A DNA stretch of 64,000 bases from Podarcis cretensis (taxonomy: Eukaryota). Every line of letters starts with the position of its first letter. Positions within the stretch are counted from its first letter, which is position 1. The DNA is taken from positions 60,574,001-60,638,000 of the forward strand of contig OX638151.1 of assembly GCA_951804945.1 (NCBI GenBank), written 5' to 3'. This document shows, in pieces, positions 27,532-37,700 of this stretch. The translations under genes and the position numbers were made by a program. The notes below the pieces were generated by a model. It made no database searches, was not told the DNA's origin, and was given only the letters and a program-made list of their open reading frames with translations.

Positions 27532-30262
27532 TTATTATTTATACCCCGCCCATCTGGCTGGGCCTCCCCAGCCACTCTGGGCGGCTTCCATAAAAACCAA
27601 AAATACAGTAAAATATCACACGTTAAAAACTTCCCTGAACAGGGCTGCCTTAAGATGTCTTCTGAATGTCAGGTAGTTGTTTATCACTTTGACATCTGCT
27701 GGAAGGGCATTCCACAGGGCGGGCGCCACTACCGAGAAGGCCCTCTGCCTGGTTCCCTGTAGCTTTGCTTATCGCAATGAGGGAACCGCCAGAAGGCCCT
27801 CGGCGCTGGACCTCAGCGTCCGGGCAGAATGATGGAGGTGGAGACGCTCCTTCAGGTATACTGGACCGAGGCCGTTTAGGGCTTTAAAGGTCAGCACCAA
27901 CACTTTGAATTGTGCTCGGAAACGTACTGGGAGCCAATGTAGATCTTTCAAGACCGGTGTTATATGGTCTCGGCGGCCGCCCCCAGTCACCAGTCTAGCT
28001 GCCGCATTCTGGATTAGTTGTAGTTTCCGAGTCACCTTCAAAGGTAGCCCCACGTAGAGTGCATTGCAGTAGTCCAAGCGGGAGATAACCAGAGCATGCA
28101 CCACTCTGGCGAGACAGTCCGCAGGCAGATAGGGTCTCAGCCTACGTACCAGATGGAGCTGGTAAACAGCTGCCCTGGACACAGATTTGACCTGTGCCTT
28201 CATGGACAGCTGTGAGTCCAAAATGACTCCCAGGCTGCGCACCTGGTCCTTCAGGGGCACAGTTACCCCATTCAGGACCAGGGAATCCTCCACACCTGCC
28301 CGCCTCCTGTCCCCCAAAAACAGTACTTCTGTCTTGTCAGGATTCAACCTCAATCTGTTAGCCGCCATCCATCTTGGCGTTAGGATGTCACATAGCGTAC
28401 GACTATAAATTGCGAGTAAGTGGCAGGTCAGTAGAAACAGGAAGTACCAGCAGAACCAACCACTTGCCAATAACCTGATCTCATTATGACATTATGACAT
28501 TGGCTGGTCAACACCTGTCAAAATTTCTGTAGCCAGTATTGTCCTAAAGCTACATTATAATTCTAGCATTTTCTGAAACATAAGTGGTTTATAATACACA
28601 TCACATGCTTGTTGTTGGAGCTATTATAGAGTAAGCAATAAAGACTATGAAGGCTGTAATCCTAAACTCCCTTTCTAGGGAGTAAGCCCATTGAACACAG
28701 TGATCTACTGCGTAAACTTGTAAGGGATATCCCTGTAAGTGTAACAACGTGTGCTGAATAGTCTTTTCTTTCCCGAAAAAAAAAATTCAGGCCCACAATT
28801 GTTCATAGATTCTTAATCAAGGCAACAATTGAAGAAAGAATGCAGACAATGATGAAAACTGTAGAAAGGAGGTAAGTAAAGCCTGTCTATACAATATTGC
28901 ATTTTTCAAATTTGTATTCAAATTTGCAAGGGCAGCTACCCCAGACATAGAAACTGAAATCCTAGACACTTACTGCTATGTAAGTAAGTCCTAGTTAACT
29001 CAATAGGACTTACTTCTGAGTAGATATGCATGGTGTTAGAAGCCAGAAAAAAATGTTAACAAAAATGTATTGTGGTGCAAGAAGGGGAGGCATTATGCAA
29101 GTGATATTTCTGCAGTCACAAATGATTACGAATTTCTACACAGTACTCACAAATGCAACAAGTGGGCTTGTTGCCCAAAGAATATTGCTTTCCCCAAGCA
29201 AAATAAAGCCCTTTGAAGTATTGTGGAAATCAAACCCCTACAGCAGAAGAGTTTCCCTAAGAATCAAACATTTGAATCCTAGGCAGTAAGGAACTGCATG
29301 CACACTTAGATATAAACTGATCCTATGGTAATGGTTCTCTGGTTTGTCCTTCTGATTTGTATGTATTTCCAGATCTTTCATGTATATAGAAAGCCCTAGA
29401 ATCAAAACTAGTGATGTGGTTTGCCATCACATACTTTCAAACTTTACTCCTCATTGGCATTATTTTCAGGCTACGGGAACTGAAGGGCTTGGGGGCATTT
29501 TTTCAAACAAAATTAAGACAGAGTGAATTTACTTCAAATTTTTGTATTGTCTGATATTCATAGTGAGCCCACATTGTCAGGTAACATGCAAAGCAGTGTG
29601 CACAAAAATCAGTGCGGGTTGTTACAGGTGGAGAACTATATACCTGTTTACCATTCACAAGCACAGATCGGCCTTTTCTGTAAGTCTGCTTTTACGATAA
29701 TAGAGCAATCTAAGTTGGTTTTTGACCATCTTTTGCAGGTAACATAGCATGTTGATAACAACTCTCATAAGGTTCTTTAAATACACAAAGGTTGTTTCAA
29801 TAAAAGAATATAAAATTCTTTTGCATATAAAATTCAGCAACTTTCGCAACTTAATTTTGTGAACATTGATAATACAAAAATGACTAAAGCAAAACACTGG
29901 CTTAGAAATAACACAGTTCACAAAGCAGCTTGTCCTTGCAAACCTACTTTTGACTATTTTCTTCAGGTAAATAGACAGCTTGGTCCACCTTTAAAACCCA
30001 GTGCTGTGCTTTTGAGACTCTCCTTTTCAACCAGGATCATTGCAACATAAACCTCTTTAGTAGAGCTGCCTCTTGTATTTAATGAATGTAGATGTGAGCT
30101 ACATTTCTCATATTTTAAAATGTATTTTTCCCTTCTCCCCTCCAATGTTCCCTCATCCCCCAAAGCCACTCTAGTTCTTCCATGAAGCAGTCGGAGGCCT
30201 CTGTGTTAACAGTAGCTGATCTCGCAGACCTTTTCTCAGCAGAAACTGAAGAACTTGAATGA
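1114..30262 (+). CDS. SHPRH: E3 ubiquitin-protein ligase SHPRH (SNF2 histone-linker PHD RING helicase), 5'-partial; 22 coding exons in window (3495 nt, 1164 aa + stop)
   Basis: All 22 exons join in frame via GT-AG introns with matching phases. PHD, SNF2 motifs ([26 protein letters not shown]), C3HC4 [15 protein letters not shown] and C-terminus ..[23 protein letters not shown] match vertebrate SHPRH. Confidence 0.97.
2407..2658 (+). CDS. SHPRH: SHPRH exon (Walker B, DEAQ)
   Basis: cag|[28 protein letters not shown]|gtgaga. Confidence 0.95.
3196..3233. repeat. (CT)n microsatellite
   Basis: Seen directly. Confidence 0.95.
4043..4121 (+). CDS. SHPRH: SHPRH exon (motif III)
   Basis: tag|[26 protein letters not shown]|gtgaat. 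Confidence 0.95.
4395..4700 (-). mobile_element. Old L2 fragment
   Basis: Minus-strand [14 protein letters not shown] motif. Confidence 0.6.
5244..5379. mobile_element. hAT-type palindromic MITE (136 bp), 8-bp TSD GATTATGA
   Basis: Arms of about 58 bp, first 33 bp perfectly inverted; TSD at 5236-5243 and 5380-5387. Confidence 0.9.
5876..6039 (+). CDS. SHPRH: SHPRH exon
   Basis: tag|[22 protein letters not shown]|gtaaac. Confidence 0.95.
6130..6386 (+). CDS. SHPRH: SHPRH exon
   Basis: tag|[32 protein letters not shown]|gttaat. Confidence 0.95.
8839..8960 (+). CDS. SHPRH: SHPRH exon
   Basis: cag|[41 protein letters not shown]|gtaaaa. Confidence 0.95.
9136..9380 (+). mobile_element. Sauria SINE, 5'-truncated
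   Basis: CTGCCAACCTAGCAGTTCGAAAGCAC...GGGGTACCTTTACCTTT tail. Confidence 0.9.
10359..10447 (+). CDS. SHPRH: SHPRH exon
   Basis: cag|[30 protein letters not shown]|gtatgt. Confidence 0.95.
11372..11656. mobile_element. Tc1/mariner-superfamily MITE
   Basis: TA|CCGTATATACACGAGTATAAGCCGAC ... GTCAGCTTATACATGAGTATATACGG|TA. Confidence 0.82.
11784..11876 (+). CDS. SHPRH: SHPRH exon
   Basis: cag|[31 protein letters not shown]|gtgatt. Confidence 0.95.
12871..12899. repeat. (TA)n microsatellite
   Basis: Seen directly. Confidence 0.95.
12990..13265 (-). mobile_element. Old L2 fragment
   Basis: Minus-strand [14 protein letters not shown] motif. Confidence 0.5.
13282..13643 (+). mobile_element. Sauria SINE, full length
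   Basis: GGGACGCGGGTGGC tRNA-like head, box B GGTTCGAATCC, (ACCTTT)n tail. Confidence 0.92.
14005..14072 (-). mobile_element. CR1 LINE extreme 3' end
   Basis: CATAGAATCATAGAGTTGGAAGG..ATCTAGTCCAACCCC, the reverse of the CR1 (ATTCTATG)n tail. Confidence 0.65.
14336..14443 (+). CDS. SHPRH: SHPRH exon
   Basis: cag|[18 protein letters not shown]|gtaaga. Confidence 0.93.
14509..14734. mobile_element. Tigger/pogo-like MITE
   Basis: TA|CAGTGGTACCTCAGGTTA ... TAACCTGAGGTACCACTG|TA. Confidence 0.88.
16400..16542 (+). CDS. SHPRH: SHPRH exon
   Basis: tag|[26 protein letters not shown]|gtaagt. Confidence 0.94.
16858..17126 (+). mobile_element. tRNA/MIR-core SINE (Squam3-like) with (CTT)n tail
   Basis: Box A TGGTGTAGTGG, box B GGTTCG, MIR-like core GCTGGGTGACCTTGGGCCAGTCAC, (CTT)n tail. 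Confidence 0.82.
17496..17669 (+). CDS. SHPRH: SHPRH exon
   Basis: tag|[26 protein letters not shown]|gtaggt. Confidence 0.94.
17969..18031 (+). CDS. SHPRH: SHPRH exon
   Basis: cag|[20 protein letters not shown]|gtaagt. Confidence 0.94.
18358..18583 (+). CDS. SHPRH: SHPRH exon
   Basis: aag|[37 protein letters not shown]|gtacaa. Confidence 0.93.
18785..18951 (+). mobile_element. Sauria SINE, internally deleted
   Basis: Head GGTGGCGCTGTGGTCTAAACC..GGTTCGAATC joined almost directly to a CCTTTACCTTT tail. Confidence 0.8.
19264..19630 (-). mobile_element. Sauria SINE, young, with 10-bp TSD
   Basis: Reverse-complement Sauria SINE; TGAAAGGGTA repeated at 19254-19263 and 19631-19640. Confidence 0.92.
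20275..20528 (+). mobile_element. L2-like LINE 3' end, different subfamily
   Basis: ..GTTAGCCGCCCTGAGCCTGGCTTCGG..GGGATATAAATAAA(ATT)n. Confidence 0.6.
20977..21120 (+). CDS. SHPRH: SHPRH exon
   Basis: cag|[32 protein letters not shown]|gtgaca. Confidence 0.95.
21361..21462 (+). CDS. SHPRH: SHPRH exon
   Basis: tag|[34 protein letters not shown]|gtaagg. Confidence 0.95.
21832..22081. mobile_element. Tigger/pogo-like MITE, diverged
   Basis: TA|CAGTGGACCCTC ... GAGCGTCCACTG|TA. Confidence 0.75.
22275..22602. mobile_element. Tigger/pogo-like MITE
   Basis: TA|CAGTGGTGCCTCGCAAGAC ... TTGCGGGGCACCACTG|TA; internal (TTAGCGG)-like repeats. Confidence 0.82.
23420..23491 (+). CDS. SHPRH: SHPRH exon (RING start)
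   Basis: tag|[24 protein letters not shown]|gtaaga. Confidence 0.95.
23778..23927. other. Assembly gap (150 N)
   Basis: Run of N inside a SHPRH intron; flanking exons join in frame, so no exon appears to be missing. Confidence 0.99.
23928..24158. mobile_element. Tigger-like MITE, left end lost in the gap
   Basis: AACTTAATCCATTCCAGGAG body similar to the other Tigger-like MITEs; ends ..CAACCAAAGTACAACT. Confidence 0.6.
24458..24646 (+). CDS. SHPRH: SHPRH exon (C3HC4 RING)
   Basis: tag|[27 protein letters not shown]|gtaaac. Confidence 0.96.
25500..25592 (+). CDS. SHPRH: SHPRH exon
   Basis: aag|[31 protein letters not shown]|gtatat. Confidence 0.94.
25890..25976 (+). CDS. SHPRH: SHPRH exon
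   Basis: tag|[29 protein letters not shown]|gtatgt. Confidence 0.95.
27190..27368 (+). CDS. SHPRH: SHPRH exon (helicase motifs V-VI)
   Basis: cag|[32 protein letters not shown]|gtaagg. Confidence 0.96.
27488..28372 (-). mobile_element. L2-clade LINE 3' fragment with open RT C-terminus
   Basis: [62 protein letters not shown]; AAT/ATT microsatellite at the 3' end. Confidence 0.9.
28791..28871 (+). CDS. SHPRH: SHPRH penultimate exon
   Basis: cag|[26 protein letters not shown]|gtaagt. Confidence 0.94.
30166..30262 (+). CDS. SHPRH: SHPRH last coding exon
   Basis: aag|[31 protein letters not shown]; TGA at 30260-30262. Confidence 0.93.
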
Positions 30263-30572
30263 AGCAATGGATTTCATGCTCTTTTGAGACCAGAAGAGGG
30301 CCATAACCTACTTGTTTTCTAAGCAACACAATACAAATAGCTAACTGTTCAGAGGTTCCTGTAGATGTCACTAAACACCCACCCTTATTAGGCTTCCATG
30401 AACTGATAAGTCTTTTTAACAGTTTCCTCTAAGTTATGTGGTTGTGGATTTCTCCAGCACATTTCTGTTAAGAAGAAAACTTGCACTTTACACAAGCACT
30501 ACATTAAGTATAGCTTTGCACTTCCAAAGAACATGAACACCCCAGTCCAGCTTTTGTTTTGTGATTTAAAAA

Positions 30573-30578
30573 AATAAA
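30573..30578 (+). terminator. Candidate SHPRH polyadenylation signal
   Basis: First AATAAA about 310 nt after the stop; the real 3' end may be further downstream. Confidence 0.3.
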
Positions 30579-33500
30579 ATGTATGACTAGTTGTGCCAGA
30601 AAATGGATGGGGATTCACATACCATTGAAAGCAAGGAGTATGGGTAGATAGTATCCATACTCAGATGTACATCTGAGTTATCCCTGACATTCCTAAACCG
30701 ACATGAGACTTGTTTGCTCAAGGTGTTTGACTAGACATTGAGGAAAGAAAGCTTTGCATGGCAGAAAAGAGTGTGAAAATCATGAAGCAATTCTTTTGCT
30801 TTCATTTTATTCCTAGAATGAATTACTAAAATAAGTTAGTGAGTAAACAAATCTTTTTTCAGAAAGGGCTTCTAGCGGTGCTAACATATTATCATGCAAG
30901 TTTTACCAGTTAATCCTAGCTACTTATTTTTAGACACCACTTTGGCATTTGTAATCATTTTCTAGTTATTTATGCTGTGATATTATGTTATAGAAATCTG
31001 AAAATAATTTGCTTGTTTATATTTAAACGTTTGCTGTTAATGTCTGCTCTTCTCTTGATAAATTATGTCTTTTGTATGATCTTTTGTCTTGAAATAATAG
31101 CTGAAAACATCTGTTTGATAGATTTTTAAACATTCTTACATTCTTGTTTAAATTTTGGATTCTTGTATCCTATTAAACTGGTAAAGCTTCCTCTTGTGTA
31201 GCTCACTTGATATCTATTAATCAGTTTAGCAGCTTATCAGAATTACATCACAGGGCAAATGTTAATGCTAACAGATGTGTTTTCAACACTGAAAAATTAA
31301 ATTGTTGAAACACTGAGATTCAATAAGAGCTTCGTGGAGAAGACAAATACTCCTGTTAAGAGGGAATTTTTCATAGTATGTCTTCACATGGGAATGCATA
31401 TTAGAAGTAACATCCTCCTGGCTTGCTTGGGCCATCACTTTCAAGTACACAAATGGGTATTTTGCATACTCATCTTCCTGCAGCACCTGAGCTACCATCA
31501 ATCACAACTGTCTTTTGGAGTGTGTGGGAGGTGTTTGTGTGTCCTTAATCTTTACTCATCATTTGCTACCTTGGAGGTCTCTTATTAAGCAGAAAGATGG
31601 TTGAAGTGGAACCCACATGTGGAAGGAATAATATTTTTACACAGGGCTCAATTCCAACTTCATTTCCCTGCAAATAGTGCTTAACTTCAGTCCTGGGGAC
31701 CAAATACAACTCTCCAAGTCTCATTGGCTGGCTCTTCAAGGTCTCTCCACACCACACAAGTACATTCTGGCCACACCCCTTGAGTGTTTTTACTTGCTGG
31801 TATGCATATCTTTGAGCTGCCTTTTGCTTGCCGTGGATGGAGGATAGAAAGAAACATTGGTTCCATGGAATTGGGGTTTGTTAGGAAAGTGGAGGTGAAT
31901 CATCATTTAGCCATGCCCTTTCTCTAGAAACCGTGTTAGCAGGGATTATTGAGAATGCCCAAAGATTGAGAGCAGGGTCCCAGAACAGACATAATTGAGG
32001 TGTGTGCTGTGTTTATCAGCCATATGAGTGAGTTTGTTTTTGTATGGAGCTGTTAGACTTAAGAATCTTGGTTACTCTTATGTTAGCCACCCCTGTAGAA
32101 TAGATTCTGGTGACTGATCTGCTCTTTTAAATATACAGATGTTATTTTACTATCTGTATTTAGTATCTTAATATTTTACTAAATATTGCAGATTGTGATT
32201 CTTCCCTTGTAAAATGGGGATAAGTTACTTAAGGATGTAATCATATACCTATCTAAGAGAAAGCCCCATTGAACTTGATGGCTTCTGAGTACACAAGTAA
32301 AGGATTGTGCTGTAACGCATGGGTTTTCTGTGAAGAAAACGCTGGATTATAAATCCATTTGGCAGATCCCATGCCACCCCATGCCACTTAATCTTTCCAA
32401 AGCAGACTTTGGGGACGTATTCTGAGTTGTTTTATGATTGTTGCCCTTGATTTAGTGTTAGTCCTCCCTGAGGCTCAGAGGCTTGGCAGTTTCCCTTTGG
32501 TTGCTAGAGCTAAAGATTGTGCATGGATGGCATGTAAACATGGATGCCTCACTTTATTGGGGTGATGGATGTAGCTATCTTTAAGCTGCTTTAGACTTCG
32601 TTACAGATTTTTAAGATCATGTTTATTTCTGTTTAAGCATCTTTTTCTAACATCGTTATGCATAAGGCAAAGAATATCTGAGCTAAAACATAGTACAAAT
32701 AAGCAATATATGTGTGTGTTTGTCTAAGCTCTAAGCTGCTGGTTCAGTCACAACAAGAGTTTCGACCATTTCAAGGAGCTGGACTTGGCCTGCAACGCAT
32801 CCGTTGGTACAACCAGCCTTTTTCTTCCTTTTTTGGTTGCCTGGAACATAAAAGTTGTTTACGGGAATGGTCATGTACTATAAACGTAGGCTTGAAAAAA
32901 AAAATCCCACGCTGGGAGAAAAAGGAAGCCAAGGGAATTACTTGCTTGCTCCCAACCCCCCTCGTTTGCTCAGTCAGACAAAGATTGTGTCTGGTCAATG
33001 ACATTAGGGCAGATGAGTCACAATCTATAAATTGGCTGCAATGAAAAGTGTGTTTTAGAACTAACATTGTAGGAAAGCCAAGCCACTTTTGAGAAGTTAT
33101 TCACTCAGCAACACTATTCTGGGAATTTCTGTCCTTTTAAAAGCTGACCGAGCTTCAGTATGGTGAAAAATGCCAACTGGCTACTCCTGCTGGGTTAGGC
33201 GCATGGAAAATGTTCCTGTTTATCACACCTATAATACCCATCCACACTGCTTCACAAGTTCTGCAGCCCCATGAAACAGGAACCCGCAGTTTGAATGAGC
33301 ATTGGAGTTTTAAATATAATAATTTACTTGCCTGCGGCTTCCCAGATTAAACCATGGGTAATTAACCATGGTAATTGCATTTGCTTCTCATTAAAACAAG
33401 AAATCCCATTGTTGAAGTGGTGACTTGAATAAAATCTGCCTCTCAAAATGAAGGTACCATGTTTGACAGCACCACAGCATCACAGCTGGGATTGCATACA

Positions 33501-34019
33501 TCACAAGAAATTGAGTCACATGCTTATAAGGGAAAAGGGGATCTGGATATATAAATTTGGTGGTCCTCTAATAAGAGGTTATTGATTCAGTGGAGCAAGT
33601 ATGCAGGCAAAGATTGGTGATTTCCCACTCTCTCCTGCAGCTCCTCACGCTGTTCTGAAGGGGCAGGCAGGGGAAGAAGAAATCCCTGTGATCCCTGTTC
33701 CGCTAAAAAGCTTCACTGGGTCTAAGAGCCTTTCAGCTGAATACTGTATCCATCTTTTAAAAATACTTGTGTGATACAGCAGATGATACCCACAGTGCAT
33801 TAAGGAGCAAGCACAACCATTGCAGAAAATAATTCCATACCCCCTTTTGTGCTTTAATAAGAGTGTCGTTTCTAAAATAAGAATAATACTGCTTATCAAG
33901 CAGGAAGATTAGTAACAAAACTGCTTGTTTTAGAAATTAACAATCTGAGTATGTACTGTAGAAATTATACTCTAACAGAACTTGTGCTTTTAACGGTCAG
34001 TAGAGGTTTCCCTAATAAT

Positions 34020-34730
34020 AATGATAATTTTGTACTGTACCCATTTGACTGAGTTGACCCAGCCACTCTGGGCAGCTTCCAACAGATATAAAAATAGATC
34101 TATCAAACATTAAAAGCTTCCCTATACAGGGCTGCCTTCAGATGTCTTCTAAAAGTTGTAGAGTTATTTATCTCAACATGTGAAGAGAAGGTGTTCCACA
34201 GTGTGAGCCCCACTACCAGGGGCCCTCTGTCTGGTTCCCTGTAACCTCACTTCTTGGAATGAGGAAACTGCCAGAAGGCCCTTGGAGCTGGACCTCAGTG
34301 TCCGGGCTGAATGATGGGGGTGAGGGCACTCATTTGGGTATACATGACCAAGGTCATTTGGGGCTTTAAAGGTCAGCGCCAACACTTTGAATTGTGCTCG
34401 GAAATGTACCGGGAGCCAGCGTAGATCCTTTAGGACTGGTGTTATATGGTCCTAGTGGCTGCTCCCAGTCACCAGTCTAGCTGCCGTATTCTAGATTAGT
34501 TGTAGTTTCCAAGTCACCTTCAAAGATAGCCCCACGTAGAGCACATTGCAGTAGTCCAAGCGGGAGATAACCTGAGCATGCACCACTCTGGCATGACAGT
34601 GCGCAGGCAGGTAGGGTCTCAGCCTGTGTAACAGAGCTGGTAGACAGCTGCCCTGGGCACAGAATTAACCTGTGCCTCCATGGGCAGCTGTGAATCCAAA
34701 ATGACCCCCAGGTTGCACACCTGGCCCTCA
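34020..34730 (-). mobile_element. L2-clade LINE 3' fragment
   Basis: Same family as 27.5-28.4 kb, with frameshifts. Confidence 0.85.
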
Positions 34731-36085
34731 TGAACCTGAAATGGCTTCTTCATGCATGATTTGTTGAGGATTTGGAATAAATTGTTGTGGGTCACAATTT
34801 TGTGCACTGCTGTAAGATGGAAACACCACTGATTTCTGTTCAGTCTTTCATTGGGACCTGCCTACCTTTGTAGGCAAGGTCATACTTCAGACAAGTGACA
34901 ATCTAAGTAAGTTATTTTTATCCTCCTTGAGCCATAACATAAGCCAGTTTTAAAATGTTTTAGGCTGCAATCCAGAACCCTGACTGGATTATTCCCGGTA
35001 ATTTCTCACTTGGGGATGGGGAGATAGTGTGGTTTTCGTACATTATGACTGTTGTACTGTTCTTGTTTTTACTTTCATGTATTTTATTTACTGTAACATG
35101 CCTTGCATCTTTCCCCCTTTTTTTCAAAAAAGGGTGCCTAAGAAATCTAATAAACCTAAGCATATGTGTTCACATTAAAGTGTCAGGCAGACTGTTGACT
35201 GTGAAGATGCCTCATCTTTCCCATCAGTCAATATATTCAAGAAAGAGGTGGCTTATCTTATAAACCACTAATGGACCCAGGTTGAATGCTAGCTCTTTTG
35301 TTTGGAGCATCCAAAGCATCATATTTAATTTGGTCCATTGCTGAGTTTAAATTGGTTTGAAAGTTTGAAGATTTACATTCCTTAGAGTTCTATAATGAAA
35401 GTGGTTCCAGAGTTCAGTTTGGAACCAGTGCTCCTGGGAATAGCCTTTCTGTTACTAACTTTGTAACCTAGTTACTATGATCGTAATGTCTGGAGTTGCC
35501 ATTCCTGGCTAGGTTAACAGGGATTCCTCCTGCTGACAAAAGGAGGAAGTTTGCCTAGATTAAAACACAAACAAGGCTTTTAATTCTTCCTTTCCCCAAT
35601 TGAATTAAGAGTTTGTTGTGCCTGCAAGTAGACTACGGTCAGAGAAAGCTAATCATTTGCCGTCTTTGAGTACCAATGAGATGCAAGGAGTACAAGAAAT
35701 TGTTAACAGTACATGTTTAGTCTTGGACCCAAGACTAGCAGTAAAGGGGCCAAACTATCAATGTGGCATTATATACAAATACATTAATTACACACTCTCA
35801 CAAGCACCCTGCCACCAAGATCTCACCTTGATTCCCCACCTTCCAATGCTGCTATTCGTATTGGGAGAAATGTTCTCACTGAATTAGTCCAAAATTTGAT
35901 CAACTAATGGTAGTGGATTTTCTTCCTAAATCTTCTTTATTTGCTTTAAACCCTAATCTTCATGTTCACTCAGAAGTAAGCGGCACTGAGGTCAAGGGAG
36001 CTTAGTCCAAAATAAGCGTTTATGGAATTGCAACTTTTATTGCTATTCCTACAGCATTCAGCGCTAAAACATTACACATAACTAT

Positions 36086-36335
36086 ATTGTTGTTGTTTAG
36101 TTGTTTAGTCATGTCCGACTCTTCGTGACCCCATGGACCAGAGCACGCCAGGCACTCCTGCCTTCCACTGCCTCCCGCAGTTTGGTCAGACTCATGTTTG
36201 TAGCTTCGAGAACACTGTCCAGCCATCTCGTCCTCTTTCGTCCCCTTCTCCTTGTGCCCTCAGTCTTTCCCAACATCAGGGTCTTTTCCAGGGAGTCTTC
36301 TCTTCTCATGAGGTGGCCAAAGTATTGGAGCCTCA
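36086..36335 (-). mobile_element. BovB (RTE) LINE 3' fragment
   Basis: LQYFGHLMRREDSLEKTLMLGKTEG..; (GTT)n at the left end. Confidence 0.9.
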
Positions 36336-37633
36336 ATAGTTATACTAAATAAAATTATTATTGTACTACTTGCCCTTGAGTGGTCCAACTGACATTGATT
36401 TTTTTTTTAACATTTGGAGTTGCACTAACTGTGGATTTTTCTCTCTCTTTTGAACAACTGGTCACCTCCTTTCCAAACACTAGATTGCAAGCATCTTCTG
36501 AAAACTCAGATTCAAAAGCAGTTTGGTTTGCAGAATTGGGTGTGAGAATCTAGGGTCTCTCGGAACTTGTTTCACTGTCATTTGGATCCTGAATGATATT
36601 TTGGCATCATTCTCTACTGATAATCTTCCAAAATCCTTTTACCTCATAATACTGCTGTGGGTGAGCACCTGCCCTCTAAAACTCATTAACACAAAACTCC
36701 AACAGTTGTTAGATCCAATACAATTCCATGGGCTGCAACAGTCAATTCAAAAAGCGGCTTGGCAGCTCTTGACAATCCATCATTATATTGGGCCTGTTAA
36801 ATCTTTAGGTTTGTTTCCCTCGTATTCTACAGGCAGCTATAGCCGCTGTATTTCCTGCTGAAATTCTTTCCATAGAAATGGTTGGGGTCATTGCCTGAAA
36901 ATAACTGAAAACAGTGACTTGAGAGAAGTACACATTATTTCAGGTTAATAGCATCATTTTGAAAGTGATGCTGCTTTTTTCCTCTGAGAAAACTCTCACC
37001 TGTTTTAGAAAGGCATTTATTTATTTACATTGCCCATCGAGAAAATTAGGACATTATTTCCAATTCATGCTTTGTCTTCTGTGGGGATGGTGTTAGTGTC
37101 TTCTGTTATTTTGTGCCTTTATTCCCAAGAAACAACAACAACCTAAATGAATGCATAAATAAACAAGGAGCTGTAAATCATTTACTGCCCTTCTGCAGAG
37201 CAGAATGGAAGCATATAAAACACCCAGAGGGAGAATCCCAAAGGGAGTCGAGGGAGGTCCAGATAAAGGATGTGCTAAGCGGCTGCTATAGTAAAGACAA
37301 AAATGTGAGGTGGGGGAAGGGTTTTCTTCTTGGGGAGAATTCGGCTCTAAAATAGGTGGTGACTTTGGCATGAGTAATCATGGTCTCCAGTGGCTATCTC
37401 TGTGGAATCCTATTGTTGGACCCAGAACGCCCTTGCGTCTTCAGGCAGGAGGCATTCAAGTTTAGAAAGGGAGGGAGGAAACACCACAGGGTAAAAGCTG
37501 TGAGGAACCATTTACACCACACCCTCATCCAAACCCTCATCCAAGAGACAAAGTTGAAAGGGCGGGAAGTCTCTGTTCAAGTTCCTGGCTGGTGCTATTT
37601 GAGGAAACTTTGGTTGTGATGGGACCTTGCAAA

Positions 37634-37700
37634 ATGCCCTTCTCTGCCCTCTTGGCGGCTTCTCTGCTGATGTCTTCAAGCGGGACCAACACTGGGGAGG
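37634..37700 (+). CDS. ZP-module gene exon 1 (signal peptide)
   Basis: aaaATG MPFSALLAASLLMSSSGTNTGE|gtgagt; phase 1 fits the next exon; an in-frame upstream ATG at 37619 is possible. Confidence 0.65.

Noticed and set aside
27769-28470. 233-aa ORF as a host gene
   Set aside because: 5'-truncated L2 RT C-terminus fused by chance to flanking sequence; it lacks the catalytic core.
37214-37220. TATAAAA as the ZP gene TATA box
   Set aside because: About 400 nt upstream of the ATG with intervening ATGs; cannot be supported without TSS data.
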